NCBI GenBank assembly: GCA_016748015.1 | Contig: JAAOMT010000393.1 | Location: forward strand, 1-50,967 | DNA: 50,967 nucleotides | Origin: Geosiphon pyriformis uo1 | Lineage: Eukaryota > Fungi > Glomeromycota | Direction: 5' to 3' | Shown here: positions 23,222 to 34,902 of the stretch, piece after piece | How positions within the stretch are numbered: the first letter of the stretch is position 1 | Layout: each line of letters opens with the position of its first letter | The notes under the pieces: model-generated | What the model saw: only the letters and a program-made list of their open reading frames with translations | The model's database searches: none | Told to the model about the DNA's origin: nothing | Made by a program: the position numbers and the translations under genes

Positions 23222-26200
23222 GTAATCTGGTTTGGAAATTTGCAATGTGTAATGTTCAGGATATCAATATTCCTGCGAAGCAAGCAGACGTTGTTTGCTG
23301 GCATGTGGGTTCTGGGAATATGGTTTCTTTTGTTACTGAAACAAAGTTGAGGTCCTCTGCTGGGCCATAGATCAAGGATAAATTTGATGGAGTTCGGATT
23401 TTTATTTCTGGTTTGGATGTTGGTTATCTTAGTACTGGTGTTGCTGTGATTATGAACAATTCTTTGGCTTGCCATGTTTCTAAGATTGAAGAGATCTCTG
23501 GTCGAGTTGTTTCTGTGTGACTCTTGTTCAAAGGCAAGCTCTTGGTAACTGTGCTTGGTTTGTACACTGGTGCTTCTTCTGGCACTTGTTTTGGTCAAGC
23601 GTCTAAGATTAATTCTTTCATTGCTAAGGTTGTCAATACTAGCACCTTCATTGTGTTGGGTGGAGATTTTAATGAGAATGGATCTGGAAGGAGCATGAGT
23701 TTTAAGTTTTGCTTGGGTCTGGGTCTGGTCAATTTTTTTGCTGGTCATCATTTGGCTGGGACACCTACATGGTGCAATTCAAGAGGGATTGAGAAGACTA
23801 TTGATTACATTTTTGTTAGTGAAAATCTGTCTTCTGCTGTTGCTAAGCATTGGATTGGACCTGTTTCTGAATTTTTTGATACAAATCACAGTTCTGTCAT
23901 GGTGTCGGTTGGTCTGGGTGGACTTTTGAATGCTCAGTTGAATAGTTTGCACAAACAGGCTAACAAGGATTGTTGAAAGTTCAGAATTAGGGATGCGGAT
24001 ATTGCCAAATGGAGTAAGTTTAAGGATTGTGTTTTGGATAAACTTCTGCTGGTCAAGGACTTTTTTTTTGAGGCTGAAGCTAGTGGTGATCTAGATACTA
24101 TGTGGGCGATTTTGGAGAGGGGGATGGTTGATTTGGCTGATAAGGTGTTCGCGAGGCATTGGTTTAGTGAGTTTCAGTGCCCTAGAAATAAACATTTTTC
24201 AAAATTTTTTGGGCTTGAGCTACTCATTGCTAAGATTGTTAGTAAAATTGGTTCTGGTGACATGCTTGGGGTAGATCATCTTGTGAGAAAATGGTTCACT
24301 TTGGACAAGGCCAAGGCTAGTGCTTTTTCTGACTTGGTCATCTTGGGTGGGGACAGTGTTGTTCTTCTCAAGCATTTGTCATTGGTTCACAAAGAATATA
24401 GAAGGTCGAAAATGTTTGAGTCAAGGTTGGCTGAGGAGACTTCCATTAGGAAAGCTATTGAAAAGCACATAGAGAGCTTTGCTTCTAGTAAGAGTGGCAT
24501 AATCCGAAGCATTTTGGACTGGTCTTTTCATAAGGTGGTCCTTGATTATTTGGTAATTAATAATGACTTGGTTTTGGAACCTGAGGAGATAAAGTCTAAG
24601 GTTGACAAGATCATGATGGGGTGGACGAGAGTTCGCACTATACTTCAATTGTTGTCTGAACGCTGAGTTCGCCAGTATATGCTATTGGATTATGTAAGGG
24701 ATGATGTCTTTTCCAGTGTTATGAGGGAGATAGATATGAAGGAGTTGCTTTTGGTGGTGGGTGGTCTGCCTGATAGTAAGGCTGCTGGCCTGTCTGGTAT
24801 TCCCAATGAACTGTAGAAGCATGGTAATGAGGTGGTTCTGAGCTGTCTGTTGGTTTTGCTGAATGCTTGCTTGTCCGTTGGCAGGGTGCCTGTTTCTTGG
24901 AAAAGGGCCTGGGTGTCAATGATTCCTAAGCCATATGATTGGGATGGTGTTTTCATGAAAACTCATCCCATTGCTCTAATTGAAACTGCCAGGAAGATTT
25001 TCTCTAAGGTTCTGTTTGATCGGATTTCTTTCATATGTAGTAAGTTTAGTGTTCTCCATGGTGACAATTTCTCTGTGTTAAAGAGCATATTTATGCAATC
25101 TCTGATGTTTGCTGTTGGGGCAGTTGTGGAAGATGCTCTTGAAAAGAATAGGGAACTTTGGCTGGTCCTGCAAGACATGCGAAAAGCATATGATTTTGTT
25201 GAGTGGCATTATTTAAGGGCTAGTTTGCAGAAGATTAAGATGTGCAACAAATTTATCAGATTTTTTGGTAGTATACATGAGGGTAGGTTCAACAGGGTGA
25301 TGACTGATTTTGGTCTTTCTGATGAGTATCATGTTTGTGATGGTTTGGATCAGGGTGAAGTTTTCTCACCCCTTTTGTGGAGGATTTTTTATGATCTACT
25401 TTTGTGTAAAGTTAAAAGACATGAACAGATTTTTGGGTATCGGATAAGTTCCAAGTTTGTTTCGAAGTCAGGTTGAATTGAGGGTGGTGGTGGGTTGTCA
25501 TCTTATTTCACAGCTGGTGCTTTTGTTAATGATACAATTTGGGTTGGGAACTGTCAAGCTGCTACTCAGAATATTTTGGACATTGTGAGTGAGTTTTTTG
25601 TTATCAATGACATTTCTATCAACAATGAGAAAACTGTGGCCATTCCGATCAATCAAGGTGTTAGAATTGCTTCTTTGAATATTAATGGTCTGCCTGTTTC
25701 AATAGCTAAAAAGAGTATAGCTCATTGCTATCTGGGTATTTTTTTGTCCACTAAGAGGCTTTCAAAGCTGAATGTGGCCAAGGCACATTCTGATGTTCAT
25801 TTCTTTGCTAATGTGGTTCTCAGGAAGGCTATTACTAATAAACAGTTCTCATATCTGGTATCGGCCATCTTGCAGCCTATTGTTAGCTATCGTACTCAGT
25901 TCAGCTTTGTCTTATCAAATGTATGTAACAAATGGGATGTGATATTGAAGAAGAGCCTTAAGTCTAAAGCTGGTTTGTCTTGTGATTTCTCCAATGAGGC
26001 TCTGTGTTATCCATCTTTATATAGTCTGAAGTTTTTTGAGCAGGTGCAATCTAAGGGAAAGTTGGCTGCCTTGATTTCATTTTCCAACTCTTCTGGTATT
26101 CTTGGCCAGTTGTTTGAGCACAGGCTTCTCAATTTGCAGGTTCTAGGGTGGTCTCCTTTGAATCCTTTGCAGTTTTCTGTTAAGTTGCGTGTTAGCCCCA

Positions 26201-27909
26201 TGAACAATTTTCTGGCAGGTGTGGTTAAAATTTTTCTGTGCAATGAGCTATCTCTGTCAAATAGAATGCCCAATGCTTTTCATAGTCCTAGTAATTTTCC
26301 TGTGTTATCTATTCTGGGGAGTTTTTTGCATTTCAATTCAGTCTGTTCATTGAAGCATTTTGGTGTGGCTTTTGGTGATAGATTGTTTGACAAAAAGGGG
26401 CATATTATGAGTTAGGCGACTTTTCAGCATTGGAAAAGGCTGAGGCCAAGAGGTTCTGTTCTTCACTGGTTTACAGTTGTATCTGATTTTCTTTGCGGTA
26501 TTGGAGCCTCGCTGGCCGGTTCTGTGAAGTCTACTTGTCTTTCTAGGGTGAGTGTTTTGGATTCCGAGGAGTTTTCTGTAGTTGTTAATAAGTTGCATGA
26601 GGTCTGGTCTGACTCATTTGAGGTTTTTACGGATGGCTCGTTAAAAAATTTTGGTAGTGCTGATGTTGCCAGTGGTGTGGCAGCCTTTTTTCCTGCTATT
26701 AATATGAGTATTAGCATTAAAATTGATGGGCTATTGTCTTCTACTATGGCTGAACTACAAGCCATTGCTTTGTCTTTGGAGTGTGTTCCATCTTCTTATA
26801 TGGTGATTGTGAATACTGACAGCCAAGCGGCTATTGATGCATGTGTTTCTGAGATGTCATTGTCTGTGCCTGATTTCCACTCCTCTTGTTGGTTGGAGAG
26901 ATGCCAGATTTTTGATTTGGTTCATAAAAAAGATCTTTCTGTACATTGGGTTAAGGTCAAAGGGCATTCTGGAGTTGTTGGTAATGTTAGGGCTGATGCT
27001 GCTGCTGGGGATGCTGTTTTTTCTCGTTTCTCTTTGCTTGTTGATATCCGGAAGTGCTTTTTGGTTGCTGAGAATACACTGGTCTCTGGCAATACTCGTC
27101 ATTTTGTTCGGAATTTGTATAAAGCTGTTTGCCGTACACAATGGAAAGTGGAATCTGGCCGTGATGTGATTTCTGGTGTGCTGATTGAGGCCGTGGATTG
27201 GGATGCTACTGTTAGGGTGTGGCATCCTGATTCACATATGCTTGCTGGTTTTACTAGTCAGAGGTCTTCTTGTCTTCGCATGTATCTGATAAAGGCTGTG
27301 TACTGACGGCTTCCTGTGGCAGTTAGGAAACGTTTGTATGATAAATTGTACTCTGGTGTGCTGTGCTTATTGTGTCATGAAGTGGAGTTATCAGACCATG
27401 TTTTCACGTGTTCTCATGATGTGAAGGTTTGCAAAGAAGTTTTGGTTACAGCATGTTCAAACTGGCTGTCCGTAATTGGTTCTTGTGGCTCGTCATCCTC
27501 TGCTGTTTTGCGATCTTTTGGTTGGTGTTCTTTGGATGTTAGTTTGTATTCAGTTCTGTGTAAAGAGTTTGTGCTGAGGGAGTGGTGTGAAGAGACAGTG
27601 GTAATTTTGGATGGTAAGAAGGAGGCTGTCAGCACTGTGGTTGGTTTTGTTGGGCATTTGGTTGAGCTGCATCACTCTAAAGCCTGGTTGGCGAGGTTAG
27701 CATTTAGAATAAGAATGAAGAAGACTGGTCTGGTTGGAGATGACGGTTTGTTTTCTGGTTTGTCTTGTTGCTTGGGTTCTTTGTTGCCCAATAAGGTGGT
27801 GAGGATGCTTGGCATTGCTGGCTTTTTTGCTGTTAATTTTGGCCATCACAGGTCTTACCTTTTTTTCTCTGGTCTAAATGGTAGTCTTAGTGTTGATATA
27901 GGTGTGTAG
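23218..27909 (+). pseudogene. LINE ORF2 (APE-RT-RNase H-CCHC), disrupted
   Basis: Starts MSNLVWKFAMCNV. Contains TETK, LGGDFNE, TIDYIFVS, LQDMRKAYD, GLDQGEVFSPLLW, AFVNDTIW, FTDGSL, AELQAI, TDSQAA, KVKGHSGVVGNVRAD and CLLCHEVELSDHVFTC. Confidence 0.94.
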
Positions 27910-28027
27910 TGTTGTCTTGTCTGGCCTAAATGGCTAGCCACATGTAGAAAGTGCATAAACTGCATTTAGTTTGAGCCTCTTAATTTGGTTCTATGTACTA
28001 GATAGTGGTTGGACTCCACTCATTAAA
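27910..28027 (+). other. Conserved structured 3' UTR RNA element (copy 4)
   Basis: ctggcc taaat ggctag; catgta gaaag tgcata; aactgca-tttagt..gagcc/ggttc..actagat-a-gtggtt; ggactccactcattaaa. Confidence 0.75.
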
Positions 28028-28038
28028 CTTATTAATAA

Positions 28039-28153
28039 TTTAATAAGTGAGGTCCAAACATCACCTAGTATAATACATCATAAGAGATCTAAACTAGGCA
28101 TGAATCATGTATTTTTTACACGTGACCAGCCACTCAGGCTGATCAGAACAACA
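28039..28153 (-). other. Conserved structured 3' UTR RNA element (copy 5)
   Basis: The sense strand reads gatcagcc tgagt ggctggtc, cgtgta/tacatg, cctagt/actagg, then ggacctcacttattaaa. Confidence 0.8.
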
Positions 28154-31100
28154 CTAAGCATCTATAATAACTGACACAGAATCCCCAATACCCGAAAAGA
28201 ATAGACAAGGTACACAAAAGCCAAAGCTAATGCCAAAAGCCTTTGCAATACCCAACATCTTTATCACCCCTGCAGAGAATAATGAAGAAAGACTATGCAC
28301 TAGGCCAGGAACTGAGCCATCCTTAGGAATCAGGCCACATTTTTCTATTAAAGCATGGTGACTCACACAAACCAGCCAAACCTCATCCCTAAAAGCAAGA
28401 CAAAAATTTCACACAAATTCCACTATCCTTTGACAAGCAATCTTTGAGTTCCTGAAAACTGAAACTGCTTTCTAAAAACAAAGTTTGAACAAAAAGCCCT
28501 TATAAAACACTGAACACAACAAAGTGTTAGAAACACAAAAGAGCATAAGCTGCATAAGCTGTGATGATGACTGAATTAAATCAGAGAGTGCTCCTCAGAT
28601 AGCCATGTGTATGTCCAATAGCTGGGCACGAATAGCAGTATCAGAACCACAAGAGAAAACATGATCAGAAACTTCGACCTCACCACAATACAAGCATAAA
28701 ACACTGGGATAAGATCTACTATACAGGTGCTTGTGGACAGCAACAGACAGTCAATGATGTAGAGCCTTTATAAAATAAGTACGAGCATCAGCAGAACTTT
28801 TACTAGTGGAACCAGTGGCCATATGCATATCAAGATGCCACACGAGAGAAGATCTACGCCAGTCCACATCGCCATGCAAACTGGCGACCAAGACCCTAGA
28901 ACCAGAACCAATCTCCCATTGAGCATGATGTACACAATGGAAAATATCATGAACAAAATGTCTAGAATTCCCAGAAACAGCCACACCACCCACCAAAATA
29001 TAGCATGCATCCACTCACAAAGGAAGAAAATGTTCAGACATAGCAGCAGCCACAACAAGAGCATTCACATGCTTATTATCCACAACACCAGAATGTCCTT
29101 TGACTTTAAACCAACAAATATTCAGACTTTTATTATGAATCAAGTTGTAAATGTAATGGTGTTCTAACCAGCATCGGTTTCAAAAGTCTGGAGCCACCAG
29201 ACCCAGCTCAGATTTGCACACATCTAAAGCTGCCTGACTGTCAGAAAACAAATGAACAGAACTAGAGGGGGGAACACACTCAAGAGCCAGAGTAATAGCC
29301 TGCAGCTCTACCATAGTAGAAGATACCAAACCAGAGACTTCAACACCCAAATCCAGATCAATACCATCAAAAAAAATGGCAGCACCAGCCTGCATGTCAA
29401 CAGTACCCAAACCAGCCAAAGAACTATCAGTATAAACCGAAATATCATCAGTACCGACACCAAGCAGATGATCGCAAATTGCAACAAATTCAATTGAATT
29501 CAGGACATTTCGAAGGGCAATCCCACCAACAGTAGAAGATGTTACAGAAACAGAAGCCACCATGTTGATAAAAGAAACTGAAAGATCAAACCAGACAGAA
29601 ACCGGCCCATGTGAGTCCAACTACTTCCAATGTTTAAAGGTTGCCCAAGTAAAAGCAATTCTGCTGTGGTTCCAAAGTTGGTCCACAAAAGCAACACCAT
29701 AACACCAAAAAGACAGGAGACACTTGACAAATCTAGACTTACCAAGAACAGATACCATAGGGGTCCCTTTCCAAAGGCAAAAAGCATTGGCTTTGATGCC
29801 ACCCAGAAAAAGATTACAATCATAAAATATACGAACCAAGTCTACTAAAAAATTATTGGAAGCACCAATACTAATATGAGCAGGGGAACTCAAGGGATGG
29901 ATTGAATGCCAACACAAAACTTGCAAGTCATGAGATCTGTGAGCAAACAAACGACCCAAAATACCAACCGAATTTGCAAAACAAACAACAGATACCACTT
30001 TGTGTTCAGTTTGAATTTGTTTAAAAGTACTCAAGCCATACAATGAGGGGTGATGTAATGTATCATTGGGAAAATCCAAAGGCAGACCAGATTTTGATTT
30101 CAAACCCTTGTGAATCATAGTATCCCATTTGTTGTACACACTAGGAGGAACAAAGCTAAACTGAGTTCTGTAATTCACAATAGGCTGGAGGACTGAAGAC
30201 ACCAAATACAAAAATTATTTATCAGAGATGGTCTTTTTTAACACCAGATTAGCAAAAAACTTGACATCCAAGTGAGCTTTGGCAAGACTGGGTTTAGAAA
30301 GACCCTTAGTAGACAAAAAGATACCCAAATACTAATGAAACTCCCCCTTTTTGGCCACAGATATAGATGATCCACTTATCAAAAAAGAGGGATTCGCAAC
30401 CCAGCAGTTGATAGGAATGGCCACAGTCTTATTATTGTTAATTGAAATGTCATTAAGCCTGAAAAATTTGCTAACAACATCTAAAATGTGTTGTGTTACT
30501 GCCTAACTACTACCAACCCAGATTGTATCATCCACAAAAGTGCCAGCAGCAAGAAATAATTGAACCCAGCTTGAGATTCCACTTGACCAGTCCTAGAAAC
30601 AAAATGAGAATTCAACTTATACCCACATATACTCTCCTGTCTCTTAACTTTGCACAGAAGAGGATCATAAAATATCTGCCAAAGGAGAGGTGAGAAAATC
30701 TCCCCTTGGTCCAAGCCATCATGCACATGATAACCACTTGTTAACCCAAAATCGGTCATAACCCGGTTGGTACAACCATCATGAATACCCCCAAAAAATC
30801 GAATAAACTTGCTACACATTTTGATTCTAACCAGACTATTCCTGAGATGTTCTCAACCAACAGAATCATAAGCCTTTTGCATGTCTTGCAAAACCAGCCA
30901 GAGCTCTCAGATCTTTTCTATAGCGTTTTTGATTACTGAACCAACTGTGAAAATGGGGAATCAAGTTGTAGTACTCTTTAAAACTGAAAAATTGTTATCT
31001 TGAAACACATTGTACTTGCTGCACGCCAATGAGATCCTGTCAAAAAGAATTTTGGAGAGAATCTTGTAAGCTATCTCAATTAGAACTATAGAACGAGTAT

Positions 31101-32841
31101 TAGTGAGCACATCTTCCCATTCATAAGGCTTAGGAATCATCAAAACCCAAGCCTTCTTCTAAGCACCAGGAACAAATTCATTAGAAAGACAAGAATTGAT
31201 GAGCACCAAGAGCATATTAAGAGCTGAATCATCACAATGCTTCCAAAGTTCATTGGAGATGCCTGAAAGACCAGCAGCTTTCCCATCAGGCAGATTAGAG
31301 ACCACACCAAATAACTCAACAAAACTAACACAGTCCATGACATTGGAGAAGGCGCCATCAAAAACATGTTCCAAAGGCTAATACTAATGAGACCAATCCT
31401 CAGGCACATCACGAACCACACCTCGCTTCCGCATCCAACTCTCCATTATCTCATCCACTTTATTTTTAACAAGATCGGGCTCCAAGATCAGCTTCTTATC
31501 TACCACCAAATGATCTAAAACAACTTTGCAAAAGGGCTACTCCAGGACACTCCTGATAGTGTGATCTTTGTCTGATTCAAAGCTCTCCATCCTTCTATTG
31601 ATAGCAGACTTGATATAAGAATCCTCAGCATATTTCAACTCTAACAACTTAGAAGCACAATAAAATTTCCTGATCTTTAAAAGAACAGAATGTATATCAT
31701 TCAAAGGGGAACCTGAGAGAAAGAGAGATTTTACCAATGAAGCATTAACAGAATCAAGCAGAATCCAGATTTCCAGCAATAAAGTGAATATATCACAATC
31801 AATCAACCAGGAAGCTTTAACCAATTTAGACACCAGCAGCTCCAATCTATGAAACCTAAACGAGATCTTGGTAAAAACACTATCATATGCCTTGAACCAT
31901 TTTTTCTTAAAAACCACATTTGCCATGTAACACAATGTCTTATGAACAGCATCCCACATAGCACCCAAATCCAAATGCATTTTGGCTTTTAAGAAATTAT
32001 TAGAAAGCATGGCAGCATTAGCCACCATTTCATCCTTAAACTTTGACTATAAAGCATCATCAGCATCTTTAAAATTGTACTTCTAACGATCCTTATTCGC
32101 CTGTTTACGCAATGAGTTTAATTACATATTTAGCAAGCCACCAAAACCCACAGAAACAAAAACAGCTCTATGATCAGTATCAAAAAACTCCCCAACGCCA
32201 GTCACATCATGATCTAAAATTGCATTAACTAGATTTAACAACACAAACACATAGTCAATAGTTTTGACAACTCCCTAAAAATTGTTCTATGTAGTTTTCT
32301 TTTCATATGGGCTCCCACCCAAGGAGTTAACCAAACCTAAATCAAAACACTTTTTGAAACTTGTACTTTTGTGAGAACCATCTTTATTGAAATCACCACC
32401 CAAGATAACGAAAGAGGACTCGTTCACTGCCTTTGTAATAAAAGAATTAACATTATCTGCCTGAGAGAAATGAACTGCCAGAAAAGCTCTAGCATACAGC
32501 CTCAAAACTAATACAGAAAGATTATTCTTAAAAAGAAGCCTGAAAAAAAAAAACTGGCTAGAAATATCCAAAACTTTGCATATATGCTGAGCCAAAAAAT
32601 TGTTCATAATGATTGCAACCCTGGAATTCAGGTGACCAGAATTCAAGCCAGAAGTAAAAACCCAAATGCTATCAAACTTGTTCATGATCCAAGGACGGAT
32701 CCTACCTTTCAACTTAGTTTCAGTAACAATTGAAATCATATTGTTCATTTTTTTATGCCAACAAATAATATCATTCTGTTTCACAAGATTGTTCATTCCC
32801 CTAATATTACACGTTGCAACTTTCCAAACCAAACTGTTCAT
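28154..32841 (-). pseudogene. LINE ORF2 (APE-RT-RNase H-CCHC), disrupted
   Basis: Starts MNSLVWKVATCNIRG. Contains VTETKL, LGGDFN, GLDQGEIFSPLLW, YTDSSL, VELQAI and FSDSQAAL. Confidence 0.92.
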
Positions 32842-34744
32842 TGAGAATTGAAGACAATGACAATTCTAAATCAGCAAACAACTGATCAAACCTCACTAAA
32901 ATGGAATTTATCGAAACTTCCAGAGCCACAAATTTAGATTCAAGACTGTTCAACTTGGAAGTTATGACCTTAGAACTGCTCGAGCCAAGAATCAGACTGT
33001 CAGTAGCAACAGGAAGAGAGATATTAGAAAAACCATCAGGACTATCCAAGACCATATCAGAAAGGGAATCTGAATTTGCAACTACAGACGGAACTGAAGC
33101 AAAAAGTTAAGAGACAAACATGGCAGGAGTTTTATTTGAAACAAACACCAAAGGCATCAACTTGGCACTATTTAGGCATTTTACTATACTCGACACTTGG
33201 TCTAACAGGAGTCCCAAAGATCATTCCAAAGATGACAAATGTTCATTCAAAGTAGAATTAGGCATGAAAGTAGAAGGAGGCAAACCACTAGAACCCAGAC
33301 CACCAGAGGAAAAGAGACTCAAATTAGAATCAACAGAAAGACCAGAAGATGTAGATGCAGAGGAAATAATCTGAGCTCACGATTTACTGCCAAAGGCAGC
33401 TGGATGAGAGATGAGAACACTCTTTTTTGCATACAACTTGGCAAGTTGGAGGTAATTCTCATCCAAAGTGACCTATTTTATAAATAATTTTAGAGGCTTG
33501 GGAATGGAAGCAATCTCAGCATTACACTCCAAAACTGAATGACCAAGCTTCTCATACCTATTATACTGAACAGAACCCAATCTAGTCCAAGAAAGCTTCA
33601 CTCCACCAAGAATTGGAACTGTGCAAAAAGCCGACTCCAATATTTCATCAGACTTGAAGCCAACCACAGCACAACGAGTCCTATTGCGACTCTCTAATGA
33701 CCAATTAATAACACATGTTTTTCCACTAGCCTCTTCCAAAAGATTTCCAAGATCATGTACAGTTGTACCCACAGGCAAAGTAAACAAAAGTGCTCTGAAC
33801 TGATCCCTTGATGCCCATGTCTCACGATCCTCCACAGCTTTGGCCACATGCACTGAATTTTTCCTGATCAAAAATGACCACTTAGCTGCTAATAGATCTG
33901 CTTAACTTGATTTGGCAAACTCCACCACAGTCATCTGTCACAGCCCAATGAGTTGCAATTAGATCAACACCACTTGACCAAACTCAGAAAGAGCTACAAT
34001 GATCATTCTCTTTGATGTATTTATGGAAATTTCCTTTATGACTATGGCCCAATCTAAACAAATTCCCAGTTTCTTAAGATCAGTGTTTATGGTAATTCCC
34101 TCTTCTCTGGCCAATGATGCAGTCTTTTCCATGCTGATCTCTGAGGTGAAGGTAGATCTGATGATCTCTTCAAATTTTGAGGGAGTAGTGGCCCCCCCAA
34201 AACCATTGATTTTTGAAAATAATTTTCTGATGAATTGAGTTTTGGTTGTAGCCGATTTGTCTTCCATAGCTGAGAGATTAATGTCCAGAGCAAAAGATTT
34301 TTTCACAGCAACTTCCACCTGAGTTTTGATTACTTTGGGATCCAACCACTTTCTTTCCAAGGAAATACCAAGAGGGGGAGGAAGTAAATCATCATCATTG
34401 TCACCCATGTCATAATCCGGAGTACCAAGAGGAGAACCACAAGCCAAATCATTTCTAACTCTCTTTGCCTTAGGAGTTGTAGTTACTGAACCAAGAAAAG
34501 ACTTATCACTACTACTGACCAGAATGTCATCAACAATATTACCACCAGAATCACTTTCCATATCAGAGTACATGCCCCCATCAGAATGAGATTTGACCAA
34601 AGAAACACCACCTTTGACACCAGAATGCTTGACATTGCAAAGAAAAACCCTTTTTTTTTATGAAAAAGAGCCACCAGCAGGACCAGAGAAAGCACCCAAG
34701 GGAGTCTTCAAACTTGATGAACCACCACTAGTGGCAGCCTCCAT
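32838..34744 (-). pseudogene. LINE ORF1, disrupted
   Basis: Contains KKSFALDINLSAM, FSKINGFGGATTPSKF, WASRDQFRALLFTLPVG and the knuckle remnant YNRYEKLGHSVLEC. Confidence 0.87.
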
Positions 34745-34902
34745 ATTCACAACAAATGGGTTGTGTATAAAAGAAATAGTGAAATAAAACAGATAGAAAA
34801 AAACAAAAAAAACTTTTTTCAAAAATGTGTTCTTTTTTGGAAATTGGAATGTATGAAAGAAAGAAGTTTTTCCAAATCATTTAATTTAATCAAAATTTTT
34901 TT

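Larger units (their letters stand above)
21140..28038 (+). mobile_element. Non-LTR retrotransposon copy 4, full length and degenerate (ORF1 type b + ORF2 type X)
   Basis: Flanked by tttaatgagtaagg (21126-21139) and tttaataagtgagg (28039-28052). The ATGA junction is intact and relatively many CpGs are retained. Confidence 0.95.
28039..34871 (-). mobile_element. Non-LTR retrotransposon copy 5, full length and degenerate (ORF1 type a + ORF2 type Y)
   Basis: The 5' hairpin is at about 34806-34871, followed by ORF1 and ORF2 remnants and the 3' UTR at 28039-28153. The tail is displaced to 21109-21125. Confidence 0.94.

Noticed and set aside
22840-23751. Long antisense ORFs (303 aa here; also 16808-17392 +, 11878-12321 + and many short ones)
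   Set aside because: These are shadows of the LINE ORFs. They have no recognisable motifs and are not kept at homologous positions across copies.
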